Positions 1 through 9,838 of a stretch of 64,000 nt of DNA are shown in pieces. The stretch comes from an uncultured bacterium (GTDB lineage: Bacteria; Patescibacteriota; Minisyncoccia; Phycocordibacterales; DATDWN01), in the NCBI GenBank assembly GCA_963727715.1, contig CAVSGX010000004.1, forward strand, positions 82,582 to 146,581, given 5' to 3'. The notes beneath the pieces were generated by a model. The model saw only the letters and a list, made by a program, of their open reading frames with translations, had not been told where the DNA came from and searched no databases. Positions within the stretch are counted from its first letter, which is position 1; each line of letters opens with the position of its first letter. The position numbers and the translations under genes were made by a program.

Positions 1-262
1 GTGGGTCACCCCTTCACCTTCACGGCAGATGCGAATACTCTCCTACCGCTTGTGAGACTTCATCAAGGAGCCCGACTTCAGTCGGATTGGTGATCTTGCG
101 AAGAACCACCGAACAACTTTTTGCCACGTCTGTCGCGATCCTGCGAGAATGCTTGAACTTCTTACCCTTCACACCTTGGTAATTATTAACGTCAAATGGT
201 GCGTGGTTTAGTTTTACTAACACGCAGGCTCAGAAACGAAAGAACAAACACTCCACTTGGAG

Positions 263-339
263 TGGTCGGCGGCCGGAAGGATATCGAACCTCCAACCTTC
301 TGCGTCAAAGCAGGCGCGCCACGATTGCGCCACGCCCCG
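263..339 (-). tRNA. Degenerate tRNA-Pro-like element inside the 23S insertion
   Basis: Minus strand reads CGGGGCGTGGCGCAATCGTGGCGCGCCTGCTTTGACGCAGAAGGTTGGAGGTTCGATATCCTTCCGGCCGCCGACCA. It has a Pro-type 5' end, GGTTCGA and an ACCA end, but a 6-nt anticodon loop and bulged stems. Confidence 0.65.
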
Positions 340-369
340 ACATTTTCAACAATAACCCCTGTGAATGGG

Positions 370-446
370 TGGCGAACCCGGCAGGTTTACGAACCTGCGA
401 CCTCCGCCATGCAAGTGCGACGCTCTCCCGGCTGAGCTACGGTCTC
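370..446 (-). tRNA. Degenerate tRNA-Ala(UGC)-like element inside the 23S insertion
   Basis: Minus strand reads GAGACCGTAGCTCAGCCGGGAGAGCGTCGCACTTGCATGGCGGAGGTCGCAGGTTCGTAAACCTGCCGGGTTCGCCA. It has a canonical D arm, TGC anticodon, 8-nt T loop and CCA end. Confidence 0.72.
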
Positions 447-1204
447 ACCAACTGGCGAGGCAAGGACCAACACTGCAACTTTTGCGACAGCAGGGATATC
501 TGTGGACTCCCTACCTTCACTCGGCCAGTTGGATTCGTTCAACTTTCCTCATGACTCAAACAAAAATTTTTCCTCGATGAAGTCTGCAAGCCCTCAGTTT
601 CGGTACATATTTAGCCCCGATTATCTGCGGCGCGAAATTTCTCGATCTGAGTGAGCTGTTACGCTATCTTTAAATGATGGCTGCTTCTAAGCCTACATCC
701 TCATTGTCGGAGAAATTTCACCACCTTAAGCGCACTTAATATCGATTTAGGGACCTTAAATAGAGATCTAGGCTGTTTCCCTTTTGTCCAATGGAGCTTA
801 GCCCCCACAGACTAACTGCCGCGATATAATCTTTGCGTATTCGGAGTTTGATAGGTCTCGTGATCTTTCGCCCTGTCCGGACCTTCCAGTGCTCTACCCC
901 GCAAGGGACATGCGACGCTAACCCAAAAGTTATTTCGGAGAGAACCAGCTATTACCAGATTCGATTAGCTTTTCACTCCTTACCACACGTCATCCGAATG
1001 TTTTGCACGGCTAACCGGTTCGGGCCTCCCCTCGATCTTTCGCCGAGCTTCACCCTGCGCATGGCAAGCTCATCTGGCTTCGGGTCTATAGCAAACAACA
1101 ACGCCCTATTCAGACTCGGTTTCCCTATGGCTCCATCCGGTCAAGGACTTAGCCAAGCTGCGCACATGAACTCGTTGGCTCATTCTTCAATAGGCACGCC
1201 ATGA

Positions 1205-1679
1205 CGGACCGCACATTGTGCACAATTTATATTCTCTGTAGTGAAGGTGGAGCCGAAGCTCCACCTAGTACAAAGAGAACATCCAAAGATATTCTTATAC
1301 AAGTTTTACGTTTTGGCCAAACTATCCCAGTTTGGTCAAAACTGAACTTGATCCGGAACACCATTGTGACCTTGTGGCCCTATTGGTTTTCTAGTTCTCT
1401 CTACTACAGAAAATACAAATTACTTTGAAATATTTTTGTTCTGAATAATGGCGACGAGCCGAAGCTTCCGCTGAAACTTCCTCTCATCTCTGGGACAAAC
1501 TCTCGTCAACCCGTCAGTTGACAAAGTCACTGTGATGAAGGCCATCTCGCTCGCAACATCGACGCCTATCAGGCATTGCCTCTCGGCTCCACTGCGATTG
1601 AGTTATAGACCTCCACCCAAATGAACGCTTGTCCATCCCATTATTCAAAACAAAAATATTTCGCACACTGTGCGACCCG
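1205..1679 (-). other. 23S insertion (IVS or expansion segment) at helix 25, ~475 nt
   Basis: Interrupts the sequence at about E. coli 545. Terminal stem CGGACCGCACATTGTGC / GCACACTGTGCGACCCG, with internal UUCG hairpins and no credible ORF. Confidence 0.88.
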
Positions 1680-1735
1680 CTCCGACTCCTTGTAAGCATA
1701 TGGTTTCAGGTTTATTTCAATGTCCTTTCGGACTG

Positions 1736-1772
<37 letters not shown>

Positions 1773-1984
1773 ATCTCCAAACATATTTAGCCTTACCGGT
1801 TAGTACCGGCAGATTCCCCCGAGCTATTCGTGTCTCGAGGTACTCAAGAACAGAAACAAGAAAGATTATTTATTTTCAAATACGGGACTATTACCCTCTG
1901 GGGTGTATCTTTCCAGATACTTCTTTTAACAAATAATTTTGTAACTTTCCTCACAATAAATTGTGACATTTCTGCCTTACAACC

Positions 1985-2249
1985 CCACGGACTGAATTAG
2001 GTGCCCGAGCTGACCGAAGTCAGCTCGGGCGTTTGTGCGGATTCCAATACCCCACTAAGTATCATGAGTGATGAGTCCCGTTCGATGACGGCTTGTCACA
2101 CACAATGCTCAATGTTTGGTGTAGGCGTTAGGCGCACTAGGTCCGAGTCATCCTATATCTTGAATTTCACCGTTGCAAACCCGACGTCTTTGGTCTGCTC
2201 CTGCTACTTTCCTCAATAGGAGTTTTCTCTCACCTAATTCAATCCATGG
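1985..2249 (-). other. 23S insertion in the helix 15/16 region, ~265 nt
   Basis: Replaces a short hairpin between CTTACAACCCC and GGTTTGGGCT. Terminal stem CCACGGACTGAATTAGGTG / CACCTAATTCAATCCATGG. Confidence 0.85.
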
Positions 2250-2905
2250 TTTGGGCTTCTGCGTTTTCGCTCGCCGCTACTAACGCAATGACTTGTTGTT
2301 TTCTTTTCCTCCAGGTACTGAAATGTTTTACTTCCCTGGGTGAGCTCCGTACATAATTTGCACGGTTCTGGCTCGAAGCCGAAGGTTTCCCTATTCAGAC
2401 ATCTCCGGATCAAAGGTTGCTAGGCACCTCCCCGAAGCGTATCGCCGCCATGCCGCGTCTTTCATCGCTGTTTGGAGTCAAGGCATCCACCATATGCTCT
2501 TAAATTTCCCATTAGGAAATTTAAAAACCACTTCGCCAAAACATTTTGTAACCAAAAGTGTTTTGGACTTTAACTTCGTCCTGTTATATGAAATGAATCA
2601 TAGAACAGTTTTTACTTTTACTTTTTACCCCATCTGCATGGAAAGACCCCAAACATCTTGCGATATCTGAGAACCACACGATGGAATGTGCCCGATTCAA
2701 AACCTCGGTTTCTCCGCGAACAGTTTTTCAAGCAACTAGGCTTCCTGATTTTCACTGATTTTCATTAAAGCTGTTTTATTTGTTTTTTTCATCTTAGGAT
2801 GAAAAAAACCGCTTTTTAAGCGGGATTTTCGGACAACACTCAAAAGAGGGTCATCTATACCGCTGTAAAAAATGAAGTGAATTAAACATATCTGTAATGA
2901 GAGAA

Positions 2906-2933
2906 AGTATATACGAAGCAAAATATTTGTCAA
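2906..2933 (-). promoter_or_regulatory. sigma70 promoter of the unlinked 23S gene
   Basis: TTGACA-N16-TATACT on the minus strand, ~390 nt upstream of the mature 5' end. Confidence 0.8.
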
Positions 2934-2973
2934 ATGAAAGCCCTTGTGGAAAAAGTGGGGATAAATAGGGGCC

Positions 2974-3143
2974 ACAAACCCAGCTGAATAATATTTTTTT
3001 GGAGACGTTCACCCGGCCGGCGCCGGACTCGCTCGGTCCTCGGCTCGGATCTGTCAAGAGCCCCCCGTTTTGCTCGGGGTCGTTGACAGAACCTGCTCCT
3101 CGCCTGCGTATGCTCCAAAAAGATATTATTCAGCTGGGTTTGT
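2974..3143. repeat. Palindromic element family A, copy 1
   Basis: Long terminal inverted repeat around the core ACTCGCTC..TCCTCGGC..TGTCAA..TTGACA..TGCTCCTCGCCTGCG. Confidence 0.85.
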
Positions 3144-3162
3144 TTAGTGATAGTGGAAAATC

Positions 3163-3188
3163 AAAAAACTACCCTTGGGTAGTTTTTT
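3163..3188. terminator. Intrinsic terminator
   Basis: AAAAAACTACC-CTT-GGGTAGTTTTTT hairpin after the gene ending at 3210. Confidence 0.7.
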
Positions 3189-3209
3189 GAAGACAAATTT
3201 AAAAGTTTT

Positions 3210-3896
3210 TTAGTGTCTGGTGATATTGTCCTTTACTCTGTGTATGACATCCTTGGCCGCATCCTGACCACCCAAACCGAACGAAAGGCCGAGGGCCAGA
3301 GAAACCGCTACAACAAAACCGGTAAAGAGAGTTTGGATGAAAGCGCCGGCCACGCCCATTTGCGACAAAGCGATGAGAATAGCGAAGATCCAGATCGCCC
3401 ATTTGGCCACCGTGCCAAGAAAATTAGCCGATGAAAGGCCCGCCGTGCGCGAGCTAGCCACGACAATGCGATGCATCACATCGCCGACAACCGCGCCAAC
3501 CAAAAGGATGAGCACAGCGACGATGAGTTGTGGCAAGTAGCCGATGACAACCTGTTGCAGAAAGACAGTCACTTGACTTAAACCAAGCACATCAAAGCTG
3601 GCAATCAAGAAGACGACGATGACAAAATATTCAATAAGCTTGCCTAGAAATTTGCCGGAGTTTAGATTGAGTCCGGCTCGTTTGACTATCTCTTCAAAGC
3701 CGGCTTTCCTCAAAGCTTCGTCAAACTTGATCATCTTCATAAATTTCTCGACGATTCGCTCAAGCAAAACGCCGATAGCCCAGCCGATGCAAAGGATGAC
3801 TAGAGCTACGACCAAACTTGGAATGAATGTGACCACACCAAGCCAAAGCGATTGGAACGAGCTACTTAAAACTGAACCCCATGTGTTTAATATCAT
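3210..3896 (-). CDS. TM-helix repeat membrane protein (CmpX/MscS-associated family)
   Basis: Repeated FIPSLVVA / YLPQLIVA TM-helix motifs and a C-terminal LALGLSFGLGG. Confidence 0.85.
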   Translation of the reverse strand: MILNTWGSVLSSSFQSLWLGVVTFIPSLVVALVILCIGWAIGVLLERIVEKFMKMIKFDEALRKAGFEEIVKRAGLNLNSGKFLGKLIEYFVIVVFLIASFDVLGLSQVTVFLQQVVIGYLPQLIVAVLILLVGAVVGDVMHRIVVASSRTAGLSSANFLGTVAKWAIWIFAILIALSQMGVAGAFIQTLFTGFVVAVSLALGLSFGLGGQDAAKDVIHRVKDNITRH

Positions 3897-3904
3897 AGTG
3901 ATTA

Positions 3905-3975
3905 ATCCGTACACTAACTTTACCATCGCTTCGCCGTATTTTGAAAAAATACAATGGCAAAGTTAGTGTACGGAT
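3905..3975 (-). repeat. 71-nt covarying hairpin element (family C), copy 1, in a 5' UTR
   Basis: Near-identical to 39555-39625, with compensatory changes in the stems. Confidence 0.85.
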
Positions 3976-4067
3976 AAAATTAGGTGATAATAATTGTTAA
4001 TGACAATATTATAACACCCACGGCCAAAAAGCCTAGGCCGGATATGCACAGGCTGGTTTTTAACTGG

Positions 4068-4646
4068 CTACAGAACCCCGAGCTTATTTACCAGTTTTTT
4101 GTGAGGATAATCCAGAATGTCGCGAATAAGTTTGTCATACATGCCGTTGCGGTAGTTGAAATCTTCGGTTGTGAAGTAAGAATAGCGCAATTCCTTGCCC
4201 ATTTGCGATTCCAGAGTCTTAATGGTATGTCCCAGAGCCGAATTTTTGACATGGTCTCCGACAATTAAAATATCCACGCGACTTTCTGGATTTTGGATAA
4301 AAACACCGGCCACAAGAAGAAGTTTGATCACTCCTATCTTTGAGATTCTATTTATAATCTCCTTTGGCTGAAGCGGATCAATATTTATCAAAAAATTCTG
4401 CAAAGGCAAAAGATAAGTGAACTGACTATTTAGAACAAAACCGGTTTTGTGGGAATTGCGCATCATATGATGTTTGACTAAACAGGCTTTCTGCAAGAGT
4501 TTTAGTTCTCTGCGAACATTGACCAGATTCTCATTTGTCCTTCTGGCGATTTCAGCAGTGTTGAAAACCGTTTCCGGATTGAAAAGAAAAAGTCGCATCA
4601 TCTTGACCTTGGCCTCCGAGCCAAAAAGTTTTGATAGAGTTTCCAT
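4068..4646 (-). CDS. wHTH plus nucleotidyltransferase-like protein (CPR transcriptional regulator type)
   Basis: N-terminal LFGS..K HTH region and C-terminal GVF..SRVDILIVGD NTase-like motif. Confidence 0.75.
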   Translation of the reverse strand: METLSKLFGSEAKVKMMRLFLFNPETVFNTAEIARRTNENLVNVRRELKLLQKACLVKHHMMRNSHKTGFVLNSQFTYLLPLQNFLINIDPLQPKEIINRISKIGVIKLLLVAGVFIQNPESRVDILIVGDHVKNSALGHTIKTLESQMGKELRYSYFTTEDFNYRNGMYDKLIRDILDYPHKKLVNKLGVL

Positions 4647-4729
4647 GCCCGCCATTATACACCCGAGCCACCCAAAAAAGCGACAGTTGACAAAAAAACA
4701 ATATGGTGATTAGATGATGGAGGAGGTTC

Positions 4730-4978
4730 GTGTGTTTTACATCAAAATGTTTGTCGTCGGACACAATTTATTCAATCCAGATAAATATTTTGGCCCATAC
4801 AATAGCGTACGTAAATGAAGCGATAGAGGACTTGTTAAAAAATGGCTGGATTCAATCAGATTGTTTAGGACGTTATTACTCAAAGAAGGGACTGGGAGTA
4901 ATATTGTTTGGGCGAGAAATGTTTAGGCGAGAAATGCAAGCATCAATTTTTAAGTTTGAAGACATCAAGGATTTTTGA
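4730..4978 (+). CDS. Small orphan protein
   Basis: Upstream TTGACA promoter and GGAGGAGG SD before the GTG start; terminator downstream. Confidence 0.5.
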   Translation: MCFTSKCLSSDTIYSIQINILAHTIAYVNEAIEDLLKNGWIQSDCLGRYYSKKGLGVILFGREMFRREMQASIFKFEDIKDF

Positions 4979-5044
4979 CTAAAAACTCGAGTGCCACGCA
5001 CCCGAGCTTTTCTTTTTTATTACACCTTACTTTTTACTCTCTAC

Positions 5045-5527
5045 TTATTTTAGTGTCACTTTGCCACCCGCCGATTCAATATCTTTCTTGACCTTTTCTG
5101 CATCTTCTTTCTTCATCCCCTCTTTGAGCATTGAAGGAGCGGCATCAACCAGATCCTTGGCCTCTTTGAGACCAAGCCCGAGAACCTCTTTGACCACTTT
5201 GATTACGGCAATTTTAGTTGCCCCACCGTCTGTCAGTTCAACATTGAATGTTGTTTTCTCCTCGCCAGCGCCGGCTCCTGGGCCAGCTACTGGGGTAGCC
5301 ACAGCCACGGTGGCCGCGGAGACTCCGAATTTTTCTTCCAAGTGCTTGACCAGTTCATGCAAATCCAAAACTGACATTTTTTCAATAGATTCGACAATTG
5401 TTTTGAATTTTGTCGGGGTTGAAACCCCGACGCCTTCAGGTCGGGACTCCGACTTCAACGTCGGAGCTGTTTTTTCTTCTTTTGCTTCGGTTTTTGCCGG
5501 AGCTGTTGTGTTTGTTGTTTCGTCCAT
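5045..5527 (-). CDS. rplL: 50S ribosomal protein bL12 (L7/L12) with an extended N-terminus
   Basis: LEEKFGVSA and [24 protein letters not shown] motifs. Confidence 0.98.
   Translation of the reverse strand: MDETTNTTAPAKTEAKEEKTAPTLKSESRPEGVGVSTPTKFKTIVESIEKMSVLDLHELVKHLEEKFGVSAATVAVATPVAGPGAGAGEEKTTFNVELTDGGATKIAVIKVVKEVLGLGLKEAKDLVDAAPSMLKEGMKKEDAEKVKKDIESAGGKVTLK
5412..5466. repeat. REP-like double hairpin within the rplL coding sequence
   Basis: Hairpins GTCGGGGT-TGAA-ACCCCGAC and CTCCGAC-TTCAAC-GTCGGAG. Confidence 0.65.
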
Positions 5528-5550
5528 GATAATTTTTAATTTTAATAATT

Positions 5551-6039
5551 TTATTCTTTGCTTTTCGCAATTTCACTGAGAGCCATCACAAATCCCTGTA
5601 TCGGCGAGTTTATCAAATTGACAAACTGGGCCTGCAAAGTTTTCATGCCCGGGATCTGAGCAACAGAGACCATTTGGTTTTTATCCATAAATCTCCCCTC
5701 GAAAATTCCACCGACAATCTGGATTTTTTTGTCCAGCTTTTTCTGGAATTCATAAATCTCGCGAGCCGGATCCAAAAGATCCGAACCGAAAACAATGCCG
5801 AGTTCGCCGAGCATTTCCGGGGCCAGACCTTCAATTTTTTGACCTTCCAAAGCTTTTTTGGCCAGAGTTTTTTTGGCTACGGTATAACTGACACCTTTGA
5901 CACGCAGATTTTTTCTAATTTGCGAAGCTTCCGAAACGGATAAACCGTGGAAATTGACAAAAACCACTGAAATTGAGTCTTTGAAGACTTTTTTCAGTTT
6001 ATCGAAAATTTCTGATTTCTTTTGTTTTGATACTGCCAT
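5551..6039 (-). CDS. rplJ: 50S ribosomal protein uL10
   Basis: FHGLSV..IRKNLR, VAKKTL and GGIFEG motifs; lies upstream of rplL. Confidence 0.97.
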   Translation of the reverse strand: MAVSKQKKSEIFDKLKKVFKDSISVVFVNFHGLSVSEASQIRKNLRVKGVSYTVAKKTLAKKALEGQKIEGLAPEMLGELGIVFGSDLLDPAREIYEFQKKLDKKIQIVGGIFEGRFMDKNQMVSVAQIPGMKTLQAQFVNLINSPIQGFVMALSEIAKSKE

Positions 6040-6070
6040 TTGTTTTTTGTGTTTTTAACAAATTAAAAAT

Positions 6071-6152
6071 CGACCTGAAGGTCGGGAGAATAGAAGCGAC
6101 ATTATGTCGTCTAAGTCTCGGTAGGGCTTATGATTGCCTACTGTCTTTGACC
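6071..6152 (-). promoter_or_regulatory. L10 leader (autoregulatory RNA)
   Basis: AAGACAGTAGG...CCTACCGAG motif directly upstream of rplJ. Confidence 0.75.
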
Positions 6153-6187
6153 TTATAAACAGTATGATACTCGGAAATGAAAAAATG

Positions 6188-7597
6188 TCAATTCTCAACA
6201 AAAAGTCCACGAATGAAATTAAAACCGCGAATCGGCCAAGCGAAAATCCTGCTGATAAACCCCGGGCTAGATGTGGCCACAAAAACAGTGGCCGTTTGAC
6301 TGGAATTATTTGTTGCTGGTGGAATTTTGGTCTGTGATTTTGCTAGAGCCGGCGCTGAAATTGATGTTGAATTTTTTGGTATTTCTGCCGAGGCTAATGA
6401 AAACATCTGGGTAGGTATTGTTGTGGTTGAATTTATTTCCGATTGTAGTGAGGCTAATTTCTGACGAACACTTGAAATGCCGGTCAAAATGTCGTTTAGA
6501 TCCCCAATTGAAGTGGTGGAAATTACACTATTTGTTGCGACAATATTTTGACCGGGCAGACTGGCGTAGGTTTGGCCGAGTTGGTTTCTTATTTGCAAAT
6601 CGCCGGAGCCGAAGCCCAGATCAGTCAGATCATCGGCGAAAATAATTTTTTGGCCATCTAGTATTAAGGTGTCTTTAGGGAAAATAAATGACTTATTGGA
6701 CGAACCGAGAAGCCATCCTTCTAGATTTATTTCTGCCCCAGAATTGTTTGCCACTTCCAAACCGCCAGAAACTTTTCGAATGCTGATTTTCGGGTCAACC
6801 ACCAAAACTGTCAGCCGATCCGCGGCCATCTGATCAGAAGCGTTTGCGTTAACCACCACGGAATATTTCCCCGGAAACTTGTAGGCGTGATGAACAAGAC
6901 TGCCCGCATCGGTTGATCCATCGCCAAAAGACCATTCATAGTTGATTGAGTTTGAAATGATACCTTGCGTTTTAACGGGTTTAACAACGAACGTCAGATC
7001 ATTGCCGACAGAAGTCAAACGGTCTCGCCCGCACGATATTTCAAAATCAATTGTTATCTCGTCACTCGGTAAGGAAGCCGGAGAGGAGTTGGCCGACAAA
7101 TTTGAAGTAGTATTATTCTGGTTGTCTGTGCTGGTACTTTGATCTGTTGTGGTAGCGGTAGTTGTGGTTGATGTTTGATCTCCCCCGGGAACAGGTTGGC
7201 CTATGTAAATATGTTGACTTATGGTAGTAATCTGCACTTTAGCTTTGCTCAAAACCACTGCGGTGATGACAAAATCACCAGCTGTGGAATCTTCATAATA
7301 AACAGCGCGATTGGAATCACCGGTAGAGATATAGGCGCTTTTCAGCAGACCTCCAGTGCTGGTCAAAAATTGTCCTGTCGGTGAGGAAGAAGTGAAATCG
7401 AGATATGTCGTTTCGGTCACCGGACTGCTGGACTGCACATTTATTTTGCCAGACATTTGGCCCGCCGGCACACTTTGCGGATCAGTGCTGAAAGTAAATG
7501 AATTGTCCGCAAAAACCACCGACAAAATTGGTAAAAATATAAAAATGGATACAACAAAGAACAAATATTTAAAATTTCTCATATATAAGTTAGACAT
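6188..7597 (-). CDS. Secreted PKD-domain / lamin-tail-like surface protein
   Basis: Signal peptide, YEWSFGDG..HAYKFPGKYSV PKD motif, NLEGW motif and T-rich linker. Confidence 0.8.
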   Translation of the reverse strand: MSNLYMRNFKYLFFVVSIFIFLPILSVVFADNSFTFSTDPQSVPAGQMSGKINVQSSSPVTETTYLDFTSSSPTGQFLTSTGGLLKSAYISTGDSNRAVYYEDSTAGDFVITAVVLSKAKVQITTISQHIYIGQPVPGGDQTSTTTTATTTDQSTSTDNQNNTTSNLSANSSPASLPSDEITIDFEISCGRDRLTSVGNDLTFVVKPVKTQGIISNSINYEWSFGDGSTDAGSLVHHAYKFPGKYSVVVNANASDQMAADRLTVLVVDPKISIRKVSGGLEVANNSGAEINLEGWLLGSSNKSFIFPKDTLILDGQKIIFADDLTDLGFGSGDLQIRNQLGQTYASLPGQNIVATNSVISTTSIGDLNDILTGISSVRQKLASLQSEINSTTTIPTQMFSLASAEIPKNSTSISAPALAKSQTKIPPATNNSSQTATVFVATSSPGFISRIFAWPIRGFNFIRGLFVEN

Positions 7598-7691
7598 TAT
7601 ATACGCTCCTCGGCTCGGAAATAAAATTTGCTAATTTTATTTCACTGGCCATATGTCGTTAATAAAAAATCCATAAAAGCTCAGGTGTCTT

Positions 7692-7850
7692 TTATGGTTC
7701 ATTCGTAGCGGCAGTTTGTATAGCTGGAGCAGTAGGTTTGTTTTTATCCTGATAAGCCCGAAGAGCCGCCACTACAATTAAACTAATAATAATGATGGCT
7801 GCAAAACCAAGCAAAAATTTCAAAAAATCTTTGTCAAAGTATTGCAACAT
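7692..7850 (-). CDS. Small single-pass membrane protein, 52 aa (below the ORF track cutoff)
   Basis: Reads MLQYFDKDFLKFLLGFAAIIIISLIVVAALRAY..., with TGnTAAAAT 6 nt before the ATG. Confidence 0.6.
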   Translation of the reverse strand: MLQYFDKDFLKFLLGFAAIIIISLIVVAALRAYQDKNKPTAPAIQTAATNEP

Positions 7851-7898
7851 AAAAATATTTTAACAAAGAAATTTTTTTGAAGCAATGTTGATAATTAT

Positions 7899-8070
7899 AA
7901 AATCTCGCTTAGCTATTTCCTTTTTGGATACGCTAGTTCGGCCAGCGCCGAACTCGCTCCTGTCCTCGGCCTTGCCTTGTCAAGAGCCCCGTCCAAAAAG
8001 GCGGGGTCTTGACAAGACCATGCTCAAGTCCTGCGGAGTCTCCAAAAAGGAAATAGCTAAGCGAGATTTT
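7899..8070. repeat. Palindromic element family A, copy 2
   Basis: Perfect terminal IR AAAATCTCGCTTAGCTATTTCCTTTTTGGA around the same core as copy 1. Confidence 0.85.
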
Positions 8071-8083
8071 GTTCAGTGATATT

Positions 8084-8797
8084 CTATTGGCTCAAACCGG
8101 CTTTGTATTGGAGAAGTGATGGGTCGTTTGGAATCTTGGTAAGACCTTGGTTGATAATATCCAGAGCTTTAGCCGAGTTCAATTCAATGTTGTGATAAAC
8201 TTGAGCCAATTGAATGTAGAGGTAGGTCTGGGTCGGACCGTTGGCAATAGCTTGCTTGTAATATTTTTCGGCTGTGGTTGTATCTTTCAAAAACCAAGCA
8301 TACAAATCACCCAAGTCACCAAAAGAAATGTAGTTGGTCGGTGAAAGTTTTCCGGCGTATTGCCAAGCGACGATTGTCGCTTGATAATCCCCCGTCATTT
8401 TTCTGTAGATACCTAAATTTATCCAACTGTCAAAATCAGCCGGATTTTTCAAAAGCGCCGTCTGCAAAACAGAAACCTTTTGTTCCACCATTTGCTTTTG
8501 TTCATCCGTCATAGAAACGTTCGGGCCGAAAGAAACTTTGGCCGTCAAATCCGGAATCGGCAAAGGAACATTGTTGGGAACTTGTTCAACTTTAAAATCG
8601 CCGTTACTAGAAATGTTCACACCGGTGTTGCCAATTTCTTTTGTTGTAGTGTTCCCCGTGGTAGTGGTTGATAAGGAAAAATTTGTATTTTCGTTTGGAA
8701 CATTTTTAGATCTTCTATCAAAAGCAATGTATAAAACTAATAAAATTCCAATGATAATAATGCTTATAATAATTTTTTGCGTTTTTGTTAATTTCAT
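8084..8797 (-). CDS. Membrane-anchored TPR protein
   Basis: N-terminal TM helix and TPR-like repeats (WINLGIY, LGDLY, AEKYYKQAI). Confidence 0.85.
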   Translation of the reverse strand: MKLTKTQKIIISIIIIGILLVLYIAFDRRSKNVPNENTNFSLSTTTTGNTTTKEIGNTGVNISSNGDFKVEQVPNNVPLPIPDLTAKVSFGPNVSMTDEQKQMVEQKVSVLQTALLKNPADFDSWINLGIYRKMTGDYQATIVAWQYAGKLSPTNYISFGDLGDLYAWFLKDTTTAEKYYKQAIANGPTQTYLYIQLAQVYHNIELNSAKALDIINQGLTKIPNDPSLLQYKAGLSQ

Positions 8798-8880
8798 ATC
8801 GGATATACTAGCATATTTTTATAAAACAAAAAACCAACCCGATTTTGAAGGTTGGTTTTTTGTTTTTATCAAATTTTTAA

Positions 8881-9750
8881 TTAAAGTCCTTTTAGACTGG
8901 CGATTTCATTGGCTTTGGCTCTGGTTTTCGGGCCAAAATTGCCATAACCAACTACTCCCGGCCCGGCTAAACCATATTTGACTTGGAATTTTTGGATAGC
9001 GACTTTGGTGGCCGTGCCAAAATAATTGGTTTCGTGACCCGGCGAGCCGGCGCCTGTGGCGACAATTTGTGTGTCCGGATCCGAATTGAGAATTTTTTGC
9101 AAGTGCAAAACGTCGGCGCTACGGTTACCGACATAAAGGTTTTTAGTAAACACTCCAGAACCGACTACTCCCGTCGTCCCAACACTAGCCATGCCAAGTT
9201 GCGCCCGCAAAGAGTTGACTGTGGCAAGCAACGAGGCAATTTGGGATTGCAGATTAGTTGTTGATGTGTTTGTGTTTGTTGTCACAACCGGTATGTAAGA
9301 AGGTCCGCCTCCACCTCCTCCGCCCGATGCGACTGGTCCGTTGCCCCCGCCAGATGAGGTGGTGGTAGTTGTTGTGGTGTCGCAAGTGCTGGATCCGGGA
9401 GTAACAGTTTCGGTGCCCGAACCATCAGCCGTTGAACCAACAGTCAAGAGTGATTGGGTGGCCGAACATTGATAAGCTATCAGATTCCCGCCAACAGCGG
9501 CCAAAACTTTTCTATCAGGTGACACGACTGTCAAAGTGGAACCGGACGGTAAACTAACTGAAAAACTGGTCGGCCCAATACTGATTGACTGCACAACGTC
9601 ACTGCTTCCGGAAACATCCAGGCTAACTCCACCTACCGAAATCACAGCATCAGTGGTTAGCGTCACATCATTGTATGCCGCCGAAACAATGAACGGCGTC
9701 ATTGCGATACAGACCGCCAGAGATGTCATTAAAAATTTATTTTTACTCAT
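8881..9750 (-). CDS. Secreted protein with a C-terminal peptidoglycan-binding domain
   Basis: Signal peptide, G/T linker and DVLHLQKILN...YFGTATKVAIQKFQ...FGPKTRA. Confidence 0.85.
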   Translation of the reverse strand: MSKNKFLMTSLAVCIAMTPFIVSAAYNDVTLTTDAVISVGGVSLDVSGSSDVVQSISIGPTSFSVSLPSGSTLTVVSPDRKVLAAVGGNLIAYQCSATQSLLTVGSTADGSGTETVTPGSSTCDTTTTTTTSSGGGNGPVASGGGGGGGPSYIPVVTTNTNTSTTNLQSQIASLLATVNSLRAQLGMASVGTTGVVGSGVFTKNLYVGNRSADVLHLQKILNSDPDTQIVATGAGSPGHETNYFGTATKVAIQKFQVKYGLAGPGVVGYGNFGPKTRAKANEIASLKGL

Positions 9751-9838
9751 AATTTTACCTAAATTAACTGGTAAAGACTAAATCTTCATTATCCTTTCGA
9801 CCTGAAACAAGGCTGGATAATGAGTTAATTCAGGTTAT

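Larger units (their letters stand above)
48..591 (-). other. 23S insertion (IVS or expansion segment) at helix 45, ~545 nt
   Basis: Interrupts the conserved sequence at about E. coli 1170. Closed by the stem GCTTGTGAGACTTCATCAAGGA / TCCTCGATGAAGTCTGCAAGC. Confidence 0.88.
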
